Shown here: piece by piece, positions 16,404 through 26,597 of the stretch
Numbering within the stretch: the first letter of the stretch is position 1
How the letters are laid out: every line of letters starts with the position of its first letter
Virus record (IMG/VR): IMGVR_UViG_2864804954_000002
Direction: 5' to 3' (one strand)
Length of the DNA: 38,722 nucleotides
From: a virus
Notes under the pieces: generated by a model
Seen by the model: only the letters and a program-made list of their open reading frames with translations
Database searches by the model: none
Told to the model about the DNA's origin: nothing
Position numbers and translations under genes: made by a program

Positions 16404-18431
16404 TTATTTCCAAATTCTCATAATGTACGGTTTTGCTGTTTTAGGATTCTTCATCACTTTGCCATTAGGCTGTAAGAACATGAACCATCCAGTAGCATTA
16501 GGTACAGGTTGTACTACGTGTGTTTTTAAAATGTCTTCGTCAGGAGGAAGATAGCCTGTCTCTTTTCGATACTCAGTTCTGAAATGATTTTTAATATGAT
16601 CTTCAAAGCTTGTTTGAGTAAAGCCATACGGCATAAAGATGTAATTAGTATTTTTACCTAACTTCTGCTTATACGTTCCACCTGTAGCTATATCGAATGC
16701 CTGTTTAGCCATTTCCTTGTTGATGATTGGATTGCCTTTATCATCACGTTTAATGATGTTCTCACCACGTTTAGCGAGTCCTAGATAAATGGAATAAGCT
16801 AAGTTTTGATAAGCTCGATGTTCATTTGTACCAATCGCTGTAGCATTGCCAAATTCAGATTGAATCGCATTATGAAACTCTTTCTCTACGCCAAGTACAG
16901 AAGCTTGTCCTGCATTGAGGATCTGTTTACCTTCTAAAGCTACTTCTGCTGCTCTGATATTTGTACCGTATAAGGTAATATCTAATTGGTTAAGTTTAGC
17001 GATACCCATATAGTCATAAGCATTCTTTTCACCACCGATTAAGCTGAAATACTCTTTCTGAGCTTCTTTATTCTTTCCTGCCATTTTGGTTAGATCGGTT
17101 AGCATTGCCTTCTGTTGTTTAGGCGTTGCATCAAAATAACGATCTTTGAATGCTGTACGTTCTGACTTATTCCATTGGATCAGTGAGCCTACGCCACCAT
17201 TTGCTTTCTTTTGATCTGCTAGTAGATCTGTTGTTATCTGAGCCTTTTTAAAGTCAATTTGACCCGATCCAATTTGTTCAGGCGTAACGGTATATAGCTT
17301 ATGTCCTGTTTGAGATTGAACTGCTGCTACAGGATCATCATTTGCTCGTTGTTTAGATGTTGAAGCAATATTTTTAAATACGTTCAGCTTCTTCTGTAAG
17401 AGAGTCGCATCTTCTTGTGGTGTATTTTCCAGTTCTGAAGTCAGTCTTGCAATACTACGTTCCTGTTCAATTGGTGAAGCATCTCTAAACTTTTGAGCGT
17501 CTTTATTTAAAGCAATCGCTTCTTTGACTTCTGACTCATACTTTGTTCCTTTTACTGCTTCTAGTGTTTGATTAACCAAACTTTCAGATAGTGGATAGCC
17601 TGTAAAAGCATCTGCTACAAAGTCTTTGGTTAGCTGTGCATGTTCCTTATCCAGCTCCTTAGCTTTAATTTCAATACCTCTATTAATACGGCTAATAGCT
17701 GATTCAATATTTGCCTTATATGCATCTCTAGTCTCAATTTTCATGTGAGGAAAGACTGTATCTACATTCTTATGTAGTTCCTGTAGAGCTGTAATATCTT
17801 CTTGAGCTTCTAGGTTACTAAGTACACCCTTACCATCTGATAGATCTCTACGTTCATTCCATTTCTGAAGTGACTCTGTACGCTGTTCAGGCGTTAATAC
17901 AGGATTACGTTTAACTGTATCTTCATATAATGCAAAAGCCTGATCCCTATTTTCAAGTTTAAGCGTAGCTTCTCCTACTTGTTCAAAGTCTGCGTTGATG
18001 GACCTACGTTCTGTTTCAAAAGCCAATGGTTTAATGCCTGCTTGAGAGTCGTTATACATCTTCTCTGAATAGAAGTTGAATCGTTCTTTCTGCTTCTCAG
18101 GAATACGACCTACATAGTTTTGAGCAAGTTCATCTGTACGTTGTCTTAAATAGCTTTTAGCTGTAGCTTCATCAAACTCACCTGTAACTAATTTCTGTTT
18201 AGTCTCAGTAATATAGTCCTGGTACTCAGCTCCATATTTAGAAGCTTCAATGTTGAACTGATACTGATCCTTTTCATCTTGGATCTTCTGTTCTTTGATA
18301 GCGTATTGTTGACCTACTTGAGCCAAGTTCCCAACTGCTTGAGCAACTTGTCCTGCTCCTGAATCTAATACACGACCAGGTTGAGCTTGTGGCATCACAT
18401 TACCAAAGTTACCTAAAGGAATCTTTGCCAT
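16404..18431 (-). CDS. Internal virion protein (about 675 aa)
   Basis: Start set to ATG 18431 (MAKIPLGNF), 2 nt after the upstream stop, with GGGTGGG upstream. The ORF track uses GTG 18443. Confidence 0.6.
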   Translation of the reverse strand: MAKIPLGNFGNVMPQAQPGRVLDSGAGQVAQAVGNLAQVGQQYAIKEQKIQDEKDQYQFNIEASKYGAEYQDYITETKQKLVTGEFDEATAKSYLRQRTDELAQNYVGRIPEKQKERFNFYSEKMYNDSQAGIKPLAFETERRSINADFEQVGEATLKLENRDQAFALYEDTVKRNPVLTPEQRTESLQKWNERRDLSDGKGVLSNLEAQEDITALQELHKNVDTVFPHMKIETRDAYKANIESAISRINRGIEIKAKELDKEHAQLTKDFVADAFTGYPLSESLVNQTLEAVKGTKYESEVKEAIALNKDAQKFRDASPIEQERSIARLTSELENTPQEDATLLQKKLNVFKNIASTSKQRANDDPVAAVQSQTGHKLYTVTPEQIGSGQIDFKKAQITTDLLADQKKANGGVGSLIQWNKSERTAFKDRYFDATPKQQKAMLTDLTKMAGKNKEAQKEYFSLIGGEKNAYDYMGIAKLNQLDITLYGTNIRAAEVALEGKQILNAGQASVLGVEKEFHNAIQSEFGNATAIGTNEHRAYQNLAYSIYLGLAKRGENIIKRDDKGNPIINKEMAKQAFDIATGGTYKQKLGKNTNYIFMPYGFTQTSFEDHIKNHFRTEYRKETGYLPPDEDILKTHVVQPVPNATGWFMFLQPNGKVMKNPKTAKPYIMRIWK

Positions 18432-18433
18432 AA

Positions 18434-18991
18434 TTAAGCCCACCCTGAAGCATTTTGTTTAAGTCTACTGGTATCCATTGTTAATGAATTAGATTGGATG
18501 TTTGATACAGGTTGAGTTGTAGTTGATGCTTTGCTCATTTGAGAAGCTTGTCCTGCACCTGATAAGATCGTTGATCCTGTATTTAAGATACCGCTTACTG
18601 TAGCGTTACGAGCTTGAGCCTTATAAGTTGAAGCATCTGTTTTATATTGTGCTGATTGATTCTTAGCATTAAAGAATGATGTCCAGGCATCTTTAGATGA
18701 GTTCAAACTAATATCGTCTTCTATTACATCTACGACTGTATTCTCTGCATTCAGATCTAGTCCGTTACTTGCCATCTGAGCTTGAGCTGCTGATGCTTGT
18801 TTCTTTCCTAGTTCACGAATACGAGAAGCTTCTACCCTTCCTGCACTTTCTGCATTTCTAGCATTTTGTTCTGCTTGTTTAGATTGTGCTTTAGCTTGGT
18901 TACGTGCGCTAACTGCTGCATAAGCTGTAGATGCTGCTGCTAAAGCTGTACTCACCCACATAGCGACTGCTGCTGCTCCTGCTGCTGCCAT
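18434..18991 (-). CDS. Small internal virion protein (Ala/Ser/Gln-rich, N-terminal hydrophobic segment)
   Basis: Called from position and composition only. Confidence 0.5.
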   Translation of the reverse strand: MAAAGAAAVAMWVSTALAAASTAYAAVSARNQAKAQSKQAEQNARNAESAGRVEASRIRELGKKQASAAQAQMASNGLDLNAENTVVDVIEDDISLNSSKDAWTSFFNAKNQSAQYKTDASTYKAQARNATVSGILNTGSTILSGAGQASQMSKASTTTQPVSNIQSNSLTMDTSRLKQNASGWA

Positions 18992-19022
18992 ACTTACCTC
19001 ATTATTATTTTTATTATGTGTT

Positions 19023-19490
19023 TTATAGCTTCATCTCAAGAAATGAGCCTGTATGTTCAAAGCCAAACTTCTTGTAGAAGCTTATTGTTCTTTCTGTGTT
19101 GATCTTGGTTGCTGTACCACATTGAATAATTGTAGCTCCTGCTTCTTTAGCCCATTCAATAAAAGCTGTGACAAGCATATAAGCTACTTTACTACCTCTA
19201 TTATTAGAGCTAACAAATAAACAGTAATCAAAAGCCATAAGGCTTGTAGCACTAAACCATTCTCTCGTTAAGCCACCTACAAAACCGCCTAAGATCTTTC
19301 CTGTTTCATCTCTACAGACGAGTACGCATCCTTGTGATGGATACAGTATTAAAGTTTGAAGATGTGTTTTAACTGTTGCTAGGTCCATAGGACGTTGTGA
19401 ATATGTTGGAGATTCATTCCAGAATTGAACTGCTAAATCTAACAGTTCAGGTATATCTAATATCTTTGCTTTTTCTACTGTATATGCCAT
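19023..19490 (-). CDS. GNAT-family N-acetyltransferase
   Basis: Motif A-like NNRGSKVAYMLV and C-terminal ISFYKKFGF. 155 aa is a typical GNAT size. Confidence 0.75.
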   Translation of the reverse strand: MAYTVEKAKILDIPELLDLAVQFWNESPTYSQRPMDLATVKTHLQTLILYPSQGCVLVCRDETGKILGGFVGGLTREWFSATSLMAFDYCLFVSSNNRGSKVAYMLVTAFIEWAKEAGATIIQCGTATKINTERTISFYKKFGFEHTGSFLEMKL

Positions 19491-19498
19491 TTATATTC

Positions 19499-21622
19499 TT
19501 ATCTGTCGTTAATGTTCTGTTCCATCACTACAGCCGTTATATGAAGTGGTAATGGTTCAGATTGTTCTATGATGAGTTTGAAGTTATCAAAGTCAGCCCA
19601 TCCGTTCATCTCTATACGCTTGTTACCTGTAAATGGTTTAGGAGCTTCAAATAAGTTCTCTGTAAACTGCTTCAGCTCGACCATTTCTCCATTCACTGTA
19701 GGATTGAGAGATTCATATAGATAAAGGTTAATATGGTTGATCTTGATAATGCTTGGACTTGATGTTGCAGGACTGCCCTGTAGCTCAGGAGCAAATAAAC
19801 TTACTCTCGATGTGAACTTGCGACCTATATAGACCTGATGGACTGATGGATCACAATCAATGGTTAATGTATTGCCTTGTCTGTTTAAGATTGGAAGTGA
19901 GTAGGTTGAATTGCCGTCTTTGTAATAAGCAGCTACATCATTTCCTAATACGCCAATCTGTGTATGTTCGATGATACAAGGATTGTTATGCTGTACGTTG
20001 ACGTTGATTACTGAGTCTAATAACAGCTCTTCCTTCATCTGTTCAATCTGTATTGTTCCATTTCGATTGACTAGAAAATAAAGTCTGTCAGATCCAGTCG
20101 TAGAAGGTAATGACGTTACGCTTAATACTGTTCCACCTATATCATGTGTTGACCATGCAATAACTGACTGCTCTCTATTCAGTGTTAGGCTTGCTAATTT
20201 TCCGTTGCCTAATACAAACCAAATAATAGAATCAGGTTCAGCACAATACACCATCTCTTTAAAACCACCATTCTTCTTAGCAATGTGACTTGCTAATACT
20301 GTCAGTTCTGAAGATGTTAGTGAGTCGATGGAATAGTCATAAAGCAATGTACGGACTCGTTCTGCTCCACGTTGTACGAAGATAAGTTCTGATCCTACTT
20401 TCAATGGCTTGATGTTTTCTGTTGACCCAAAACTTGTATGTTCTAGGATTGAAGTATTAGTAGGTGTCATTGCATTCTGTGAACTGATGACTAATTCAGA
20501 TCCCCCTGTCATTACACATATACCTCTTGATTGAGCTAGATGTAGTACGTTGGTTAATTGGTCTGAACTTGCTGATACTGTAAAACTGTCTCCATCTGCT
20601 ACTGTTGGAAGGAAGTTTGTTACATCCCCTACCCTACTCAGCCATACATAGTTTGGATAGGTTTTAGTTCCTGCTATTACAAGACGCTGCTGATACATTG
20701 TCACGGCTCTTGGATACCCTAGATTGACTTCAAAGATGTCTTGTTTAAGAGTCCAGCTATTGCCTATAGCTTCAATATCAGTATTTAGTTTTAAAAGAAT
20801 CTCACCGAGTACTGTACTTGGACTGACATACTTATCTATTCGTATAATACCTTCATTGATAAATACAAATTTATTAACATCTGCTGCTGTAAAAGCTTGT
20901 GCTTCTGTTACAGAAGTTGTACCCCAATACTCATCTGGTATTGTTCCACCTTGAGAGGGTTGTCCTAATGTGGGTGTATTTCCTTGAGTGATCTTTTTAG
21001 CTCTAAAGTAATACCTTGTACCGCTAATTGTATGATGACAAATATCACCCACCTGATAACGCTTAGTACTGTCATATACAGCATAAGCTGAAGCAGTTAA
21101 TGTTACTGTCTTTCCTGCATTCTTTTCGTTTGGTTTAAGCGGTAATGTTGGAGTAGTCACTTCTTCCAGTGGCGGTACATAAAAATCAAATTCATCATAA
21201 GCCCAATTGGTTAAGTCTTCTGAAGCTCTTACCCAGGCTAATGGATGCTCGCTGTGTGCTATAAAGAATTGATACCTATTTTGTGTATAGTTAATTTCAT
21301 GGATCTCTTCTTCTGTATATGGAGTTACTAGGCTTTTAATTAATGTTCCGTTGCTATCCAATACATCTATTGATAGAGCTTTAAAAACAAGTATGTAGGC
21401 TACTGAATGACTGATAATGAATGGAAGGATTCTAACTGCTCCTTCTGTTGCTGCTGTAACTGCTGTACCACCTCTACGCTTTAAGCCCCCTTCTACAATT
21501 GGAAGAAAGTTCAGCATCTCTTTTGTGCCGTTTCTATATTGCTGTAGATCGGTACGCATCCATATATGTGGACTTAGTTCGCCTGAAGTGAAGTTGTTTT
21601 TAATTAGGTTGATCTTAGCCAT
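19499..21622 (-). CDS. Tail tubular protein B / nozzle-like protein
   Basis: 707 aa, directly after the adaptor-like gene, following the T7 gp11-gp12 order. Confidence 0.6.
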   Translation of the reverse strand: MAKINLIKNNFTSGELSPHIWMRTDLQQYRNGTKEMLNFLPIVEGGLKRRGGTAVTAATEGAVRILPFIISHSVAYILVFKALSIDVLDSNGTLIKSLVTPYTEEEIHEINYTQNRYQFFIAHSEHPLAWVRASEDLTNWAYDEFDFYVPPLEEVTTPTLPLKPNEKNAGKTVTLTASAYAVYDSTKRYQVGDICHHTISGTRYYFRAKKITQGNTPTLGQPSQGGTIPDEYWGTTSVTEAQAFTAADVNKFVFINEGIIRIDKYVSPSTVLGEILLKLNTDIEAIGNSWTLKQDIFEVNLGYPRAVTMYQQRLVIAGTKTYPNYVWLSRVGDVTNFLPTVADGDSFTVSASSDQLTNVLHLAQSRGICVMTGGSELVISSQNAMTPTNTSILEHTSFGSTENIKPLKVGSELIFVQRGAERVRTLLYDYSIDSLTSSELTVLASHIAKKNGGFKEMVYCAEPDSIIWFVLGNGKLASLTLNREQSVIAWSTHDIGGTVLSVTSLPSTTGSDRLYFLVNRNGTIQIEQMKEELLLDSVINVNVQHNNPCIIEHTQIGVLGNDVAAYYKDGNSTYSLPILNRQGNTLTIDCDPSVHQVYIGRKFTSRVSLFAPELQGSPATSSPSIIKINHINLYLYESLNPTVNGEMVELKQFTENLFEAPKPFTGNKRIEMNGWADFDNFKLIIEQSEPLPLHITAVVMEQNINDR

Positions 21623-21623
21623 A

Positions 21624-22181
21624 TTAGCGACCTCTGATCAGTGAATAGTCTGAATCTTTAAAGAATTGTTGTGATGGTATTTCTTGTGCCTGTACTGCTT
21701 TGGCTTGTTTAATCAGTTCTTGGCATTGCATGTAATAGCTGTCTGCTGTGCCTTGTGAGCCTGTTACAGCTTTAGTGATTTTTGATGCTAGATAAAGGAT
21801 TAAGCATTCAATAAATAGGCTGTCGTATGTTTCTTCATTCTTGTTATCGAATACATAGACCAGGTTAAGTTCTGATTGATCTGAAAGAAGTCTGTCTGTT
21901 TCTACAACATAATCTTCTGTATTTGCATTGATGATTCTGATTAGATCATCGGGTAATTGGAATTGATATGAATAGCCAAACTCAGGTTGAGTTGAGATTG
22001 GATTTAACTTAATGCGCTTGGTTGAGCATTGAAAAGGATGAAGTCTAAGTAGTGCTTTTCGACTTGAATCATAGACTGTTCTCATACGTCTAGCTGTACT
22101 TGTGTTCTCTTCAAAACTTGTAATTGAATCTGCTCCAATTAAAGATAAAGCTTGATTTGCTATGTCTGTCTTTGTCGTCAT
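21624..22181 (-). CDS. Head-tail adaptor / tail tubular protein A-like
   Basis: 185 aa, first gene after the capsid gene. The N-terminal IANQALSLIG pattern is seen in podoviral adaptor proteins. Confidence 0.55.
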   Translation of the reverse strand: MTTKTDIANQALSLIGADSITSFEENTSTARRMRTVYDSSRKALLRLHPFQCSTKRIKLNPISTQPEFGYSYQFQLPDDLIRIINANTEDYVVETDRLLSDQSELNLVYVFDNKNEETYDSLFIECLILYLASKITKAVTGSQGTADSYYMQCQELIKQAKAVQAQEIPSQQFFKDSDYSLIRGR

Positions 22182-22216
22182 GTAGCTTCCTTAGTTATTG
22201 TTATTATTAGGTATTG

Positions 22217-22250
22217 AAAGCCCCCTACCCTGTTACAGATAAGGAGCTTT
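22217..22250 (-). other. Stable hairpin just downstream of the capsid gene (attenuator or mRNA stabiliser candidate)
   Basis: On the minus strand, AAAGCUCCUUA...UAGGGGGCUUU forms 11 bp including 2 G.U pairs. No U-run follows on the minus strand. Confidence 0.45.
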
Positions 22251-22271
22251 GATTTTTTGTTAGATCTATAG

Positions 22272-22283
22272 ATAGAGCTATTA
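22272..22283. repeat. Dispersed motif, 12/14 copy (ATAGAGCTATTA), overlaps the capsid stop codon
   Basis: agATAGAGCTATTA. Confidence 0.8.
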
Positions 22284-23156
22284 AATCTTAAACTTAAACG
22301 CTACTACTTTGAGTTCATTTGTCCTAACAGCCCCTACGGACTCGATATGCCCGATGCTGTGGAAACGGTTAGCTGTTTCAACTTCTACAATCTTTAATGG
22401 AGAGATAGAGTTAATACCTACTTCTACTGCTGATTTCGTGTAAGCCACACCTGTTGCAGATAAACCATCTGCTGCTGTAATGCCTTCATAATGAACCCAC
22501 TGGAAACCTAAGAAGTTGCTGATCTCACCACGTTGGAGCATTTGTCCTGCAAGGTAATCTGCTGAAGTGAGAGTCGTATCTGCTAGTAAAGCATTTAGTA
22601 AGTCAGCGTTATACGTTACATAGATTTCTTCATCGTCAGCCAAGTTTTTAGTGAACTTAGTACGGATGTCGATAAGCAATTTTTTAGTGATCGGAGCTGT
22701 AGTTGTACCTAAGATTTGAGTAGCAGGAAGAGCTACGTTTGTATAAGTATCTGCACCAACTTCTTTACGTGGAGCGTTACCAAGAAGAGCGTTATATACA
22801 ACTGAGTCTACTTTGCGATTCCATTTTGAATGTAAGCGAGTTAATAGTTGATCTTGTGGATTAGCTTTTAATTTAGGTAGATCCTGAATAGCCAGGCGAC
22901 TGAAATTAGAGAAGTCATTCATTGTTGCTAAACGAGAAGCGAATGATGCATCTACATAAGATGTGTTACCGAAACGATCAGGAGTTGCCAGTACATCACC
23001 TAAAGTTCCCATTTCGTTTACGCTGAAAGAGCTGCCAGTTACAGAACCGATATTAGTTACTGTTGATAATAGTTTAGATTCTTTTTGTTCTAATAGTGCT
23101 ACATAAGTATCTGCGTACTGACGTACAAATACTGAATCAATGCTTGAATATGCCAT
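22281..23156 (-). CDS. Major capsid protein
   Basis: Follows the scaffold gene. Preceded by a long leader and followed by a hairpin. 291 aa. Confidence 0.65.
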   Translation of the reverse strand: MAYSSIDSVFVRQYADTYVALLEQKESKLLSTVTNIGSVTGSSFSVNEMGTLGDVLATPDRFGNTSYVDASFASRLATMNDFSNFSRLAIQDLPKLKANPQDQLLTRLHSKWNRKVDSVVYNALLGNAPRKEVGADTYTNVALPATQILGTTTAPITKKLLIDIRTKFTKNLADDEEIYVTYNADLLNALLADTTLTSADYLAGQMLQRGEISNFLGFQWVHYEGITAADGLSATGVAYTKSAVEVGINSISPLKIVEVETANRFHSIGHIESVGAVRTNELKVVAFKFKI

Positions 23157-23207
23157 TGTTTAAGTGTCCTTTTAATTAAGATTTTTTTATTGTTTTTTTA
23201 GTTTTGT

Positions 23208-23227
23208 TAGAGCTATTATTAGCTCTA
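23208..23227. repeat. Inverted pair of the motif core: TAGAGCTA-ttat-TAGCTCTA
   Basis: Perfect 8-bp arms, about 55 bp upstream of the capsid start. The left half is a 12/14 copy of the 14-mer. Confidence 0.85.
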
Positions 23228-23369
23228 TTTTTTATTGTGGTTGTAGAGCTTGTTGTTTGTCTCAGTTATCCATATCGGGCTGATAAGAAGTGATACAGGT
23301 CACATGCTCTACACAAGGACTCTGTATGGCTTAAAGCTTTATCTGAACGCCACTTCAGGAGCTATTTGT

Positions 23370-24104
23370 TTACTTTCTTAGGCTGTCGTAATACGAATCA
23401 ATCTGAGCCTTCACTGACTTATGATCAGGATGTTTAGGATTAAAGAACGCTTCACTACGCATTAAAGATTGGATGTCTACGTTGACAGGTGTACCGTTAT
23501 TGATCGGCTTGTCTTCTGTCATCTGTGATCCAAAGTAAGCAGCCATTTTGATAAAGGCTACGTTGTTTCCAATTAAAGGATTGTTGATCTGTTCGTCTGT
23601 AATGCCACATGCTCTAGCAGCTTTAACTGCATTAAATATGTTCTTCTCATAATCCTGACCCCAATCAGATTGAAGTGTCTGTACTGTTGTATCCGTATCT
23701 ATCTGTGAGCTATTGGATACCAGGTCTACTGCACGTTTATCATACTCACTCAAAAGGAAGTCGAGTTGTTTGTTTGTGATCCCATGCTTGTGAGCTTCAG
23801 TTAAAAACTCTTTATTTGATTCATCTGCTTTAAATTCTTCAAAGTCAAAGTCTTCACGTTCTAGTTTGTACTCATCTACAGATTTAGGAGCAACTTCTCC
23901 TGTACCTACTTTCTTTTCCAGGTAGCTGTATGATTCATTCATCTTGGCTACAGTGGCTTTATAGTCTACTGATCCATCTTCTGCTGTTACTTTAAACTTC
24001 TCAGGAATAGCTGTTTCATTAGAGCTATTATTACTTATACTTAATACTGTAGATGCTGTTGTATCTTGTTCAATTGCTTGTGGTTGTTCTAAGTTGTCTG
24101 TCAT
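23370..24104 (-). CDS. Scaffolding protein
   Basis: Acidic, helical 244-aa protein between the portal and capsid genes. Confidence 0.55.
   Translation of the reverse strand: MTDNLEQPQAIEQDTTASTVLSISNNSSNETAIPEKFKVTAEDGSVDYKATVAKMNESYSYLEKKVGTGEVAPKSVDEYKLEREDFDFEEFKADESNKEFLTEAHKHGITNKQLDFLLSEYDKRAVDLVSNSSQIDTDTTVQTLQSDWGQDYEKNIFNAVKAARACGITDEQINNPLIGNNVAFIKMAAYFGSQMTEDKPINNGTPVNVDIQSLMRSEAFFNPKHPDHKSVKAQIDSYYDSLRK
24017..24030. repeat. Dispersed motif, 12/14 copy (inside the scaffold CDS, encodes NNSSN)
   Basis: cAtTAGAGCTATTA. Confidence 0.75.
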
Positions 24105-24128
24105 TCTTTTTCTCTTTTTTAATTCTTA

Positions 24129-24323
24129 TTACTTAGGTTGTTCTGCTTCTTTAATACGTGCCAAGATGAAGTTGATAACGTCATGTTGACCAAGATTAAA
24201 AGCTGTCTGTGTTGCTGAATCTTTATCAAATGCTAGTTTGGTATGGAAGATTGAAATGAGTTCATCTAATACTTCGATACCTTCATGACTTGTAAAGATT
24301 CTTTGATATTTATTACTGTTCAA
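24129..24323 (-). CDS. Small hypothetical protein (64 aa)
   Basis: ORF track entry. Overlaps the portal gene end by 11 nt. Confidence 0.45.
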   Translation of the reverse strand: MNSNKYQRIFTSHEGIEVLDELISIFHTKLAFDKDSATQTAFNLGQHDVINFILARIKEAEQPK

Positions 24324-25989
24324 ACATTGCTCCTAACTGATCAGGTGTCATGTTCTTTGCTTGGTCCTTAGCTATGTCTAAGCCTGTCTGACCTACTTGT
24401 GACATGAGAGCTTGCTGTTGTTGTTGCTCTTGCATTGCCTGTTGCTGTTCTTGTTTGGCTTGCCTAAGTTCTGCTATTTCTTCATCCGTTCTAATCGCTT
24501 CTACAGGTACGGATAATGCATCTGCCATAACTTGTACCATTGCATCTAGGTTTAGGTTATCCATCACTGTCTGATCAATCTGAGCCATTTGAGATACGTT
24601 CAGCATTAAGTTTTGAATCGCTGTTACCCATTCTAATTTTTGAGATGCAGCCATAGGATTGATGAAATTAAAACTAATACGTGAAGCTTGCATTAGCTCT
24701 TCAGGAGCAGGAGGTAGTACGCCTGATCTCATTGCTAATCCCCATGTACGTTCAAGTAATACTTGTAAGTATTCAGATTGCATACGAGAGAAGATTGAAC
24801 CTAATTGGTTACGATATACCTGTACTCTTGCTTGGATCTCTGTAGCTGTTAATGGTGAACTGCCTTGTGGCGTTAATTGGTCACTCATCAATGTACGTTT
24901 AATCTTTGCTTGGAAGTGTTGAAGGAAGTCTAGTCCTAGTCCTACTGAAGCTGATCCTGTATCCAATCGTTTAATTGCGTCTACACTGTTTGCTGCAATG
25001 ATTGCATTAGGTCGAATACGAAGTGTATTAGGATTAACTACACCGTCATGCTGTGCTACCCAAAGACCACCAAGATTAAGTTCTGCTGTTTGTAGAGATA
25101 GTTTAGTTAGTTGGTTAGCTGTCTTAGCATCACTGATCACCATAGATCCCATACCTAAACCATAGTGGCTGTCAGGTATCTTCTTAAATCGAGATACCAC
25201 ACATGGGAACTCTTCAAAGCCACTCTCTTTTAGGATGTGTTTTGATTGAGATTCAATTGTGTATGAAGCGAAAGGCATTGATGTTGAAACACGTTTACCT
25301 TCTTCACCTTTAACAAACTTACTGTCTCTAGGGAAGATTGCTTGAACAAGTGTGAACTTCTGATCAGGTTTCTTTTCTAATGCTGTTTTAACTTTTTCTG
25401 ATACGTTGTCTATTCCAAACTCAGATACGATCTGTTCTGCTGATAACTCAAACTCCCTATAGATTGTGTCGATCAACCCATTTGCTTGTGTTGAGCTGAT
25501 ATAGCAGTTGCCAATAGACCAGGTATTAAATGTAAAACCGCCTTTGTCTCTATTCGTATCTGCATACAATACTGCCCATCCTGCCACTACTAGATCTGTT
25601 AGAAAGTCTGTGACTTCTGAATCAAAGTTAGATGCATGAATATTTCTAAATAGGAATTGATCTACTTGGCTTAACCATTGTTCGCCTTGTGTGAGCTGAG
25701 AAGGTGTATCTACACCGCTTGGAACTGATTTAAACCAAATACTGACAGGGCTTGTAGTACCACTAACAATAGAGCTAACAAGTAGTTGAATACTTTCTAC
25801 TGCTGTTGTGTCGAAGAGGTCTGTACGAGCCTGTTTACGTTCTTGTTCTAAAGCTAATGCTGCTACATCTGTAAAGCTTTGCTGACGTTCAGGAGCGCAA
25901 TATTTATAACATTCCTTCCAATGAGCTTCGTGCTTAATTCGATCTGTTTTGAGTTGGGACAAACGCTTTAATAGTTGTTGTGCGTTCAT
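24313..25989 (-). CDS. Portal (head-tail connector) protein
   Basis: 558 aa, first large gene of the morphogenesis block, with a Gln-rich C-terminus. T7 gp8-like position. Confidence 0.7.
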   Translation of the reverse strand: MNAQQLLKRLSQLKTDRIKHEAHWKECYKYCAPERQQSFTDVAALALEQERKQARTDLFDTTAVESIQLLVSSIVSGTTSPVSIWFKSVPSGVDTPSQLTQGEQWLSQVDQFLFRNIHASNFDSEVTDFLTDLVVAGWAVLYADTNRDKGGFTFNTWSIGNCYISSTQANGLIDTIYREFELSAEQIVSEFGIDNVSEKVKTALEKKPDQKFTLVQAIFPRDSKFVKGEEGKRVSTSMPFASYTIESQSKHILKESGFEEFPCVVSRFKKIPDSHYGLGMGSMVISDAKTANQLTKLSLQTAELNLGGLWVAQHDGVVNPNTLRIRPNAIIAANSVDAIKRLDTGSASVGLGLDFLQHFQAKIKRTLMSDQLTPQGSSPLTATEIQARVQVYRNQLGSIFSRMQSEYLQVLLERTWGLAMRSGVLPPAPEELMQASRISFNFINPMAASQKLEWVTAIQNLMLNVSQMAQIDQTVMDNLNLDAMVQVMADALSVPVEAIRTDEEIAELRQAKQEQQQAMQEQQQQQALMSQVGQTGLDIAKDQAKNMTPDQLGAMFEQ

Positions 25990-25996
25990 CTAATTA

Positions 25997-26197
25997 TCAC
26001 GTTCCTGTCTTCGTTCTTGGTGGACTGATTGCTGATAAAGCTGTTTGACCATCTACCAAACTGCCTAATGCTGTACTTTGTTTGTTTTTACGTCTTACTG
26101 CTGAGTTCTCATTAGATTCTTTCTGAGCTAATTCCTTAGCTTTACGTTCAATCTCTTCAGGTGACTCTTGCTGTACGACCTTCGGTTTTGATCCCAT
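25997..26197 (-). CDS. Small basic hypothetical protein (66 aa)
   Basis: ORF track entry, 7 nt upstream of the portal gene. Confidence 0.4.
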   Translation of the reverse strand: MGSKPKVVQQESPEEIERKAKELAQKESNENSAVRRKNKQSTALGSLVDGQTALSAISPPRTKTGT

Positions 26198-26385
26198 TAC
26201 TTTGTTTCCATGTTTGTTGTTTTATATGTTGTTGGGCGTTTCTTGCGACCAGGCTTCTTGTCCTTCGGATCAAGCCAAACGATGAAGCTGTTTGTCTTGA
26301 GCAAAGCCAAGATCCTTAACGCTTGTCTAGGTGCGTCTTACCGTTCTCTTAGTTCTAAAAGATACGTGGCATCCAATGTTGCAAA

Positions 26386-26412
26386 ATGCGTGTGCGTGTA
26401 CGTGCGTACATA
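26386..26412. repeat. 27-nt perfectly alternating purine-pyrimidine tract (atgcgtgtgcgtgtacgtgcgtacata)
   Basis: Read directly, inside a GC-richer 200-bp patch of the late-operon upstream region. Confidence 0.9.
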
Positions 26413-26597
26413 GGTATATAGAAGGGCAATCTAATTCTTTATCTAGCACTTGGATCTATGCAGTCTTTTCTCTAGTTCTTGTTATTGTTGTACTGTAGTC
26501 GTTGTATTTATAAGTATTAGATATTCTCTTTTTTAAAAGGTTAAATGTCTGTTTTAAATACAGATCTTGTTTATTATTATTATGTTAATAGCTGTAT

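Noticed and set aside
6372-24922. Plus-strand track ORFs inside the late operon: 6372..6575, 6916..7173, 9237..9527, 9625..9822, 13653..13958, 16167..16475, 20724..20954, 21417..21644 and 24659..24922
   Set aside because: All are antisense shadows of long, well-supported minus-strand genes. They have Ser/Leu/Cys/Pro-rich translations and no ribosome-binding sites.
26563-26590. A second pdif site (TTATGTTAATA resembles an XerD arm)
   Set aside because: The position where the XerC arm should be matches the consensus at only about 3 of 11 positions, so this is probably just AT-rich similarity.
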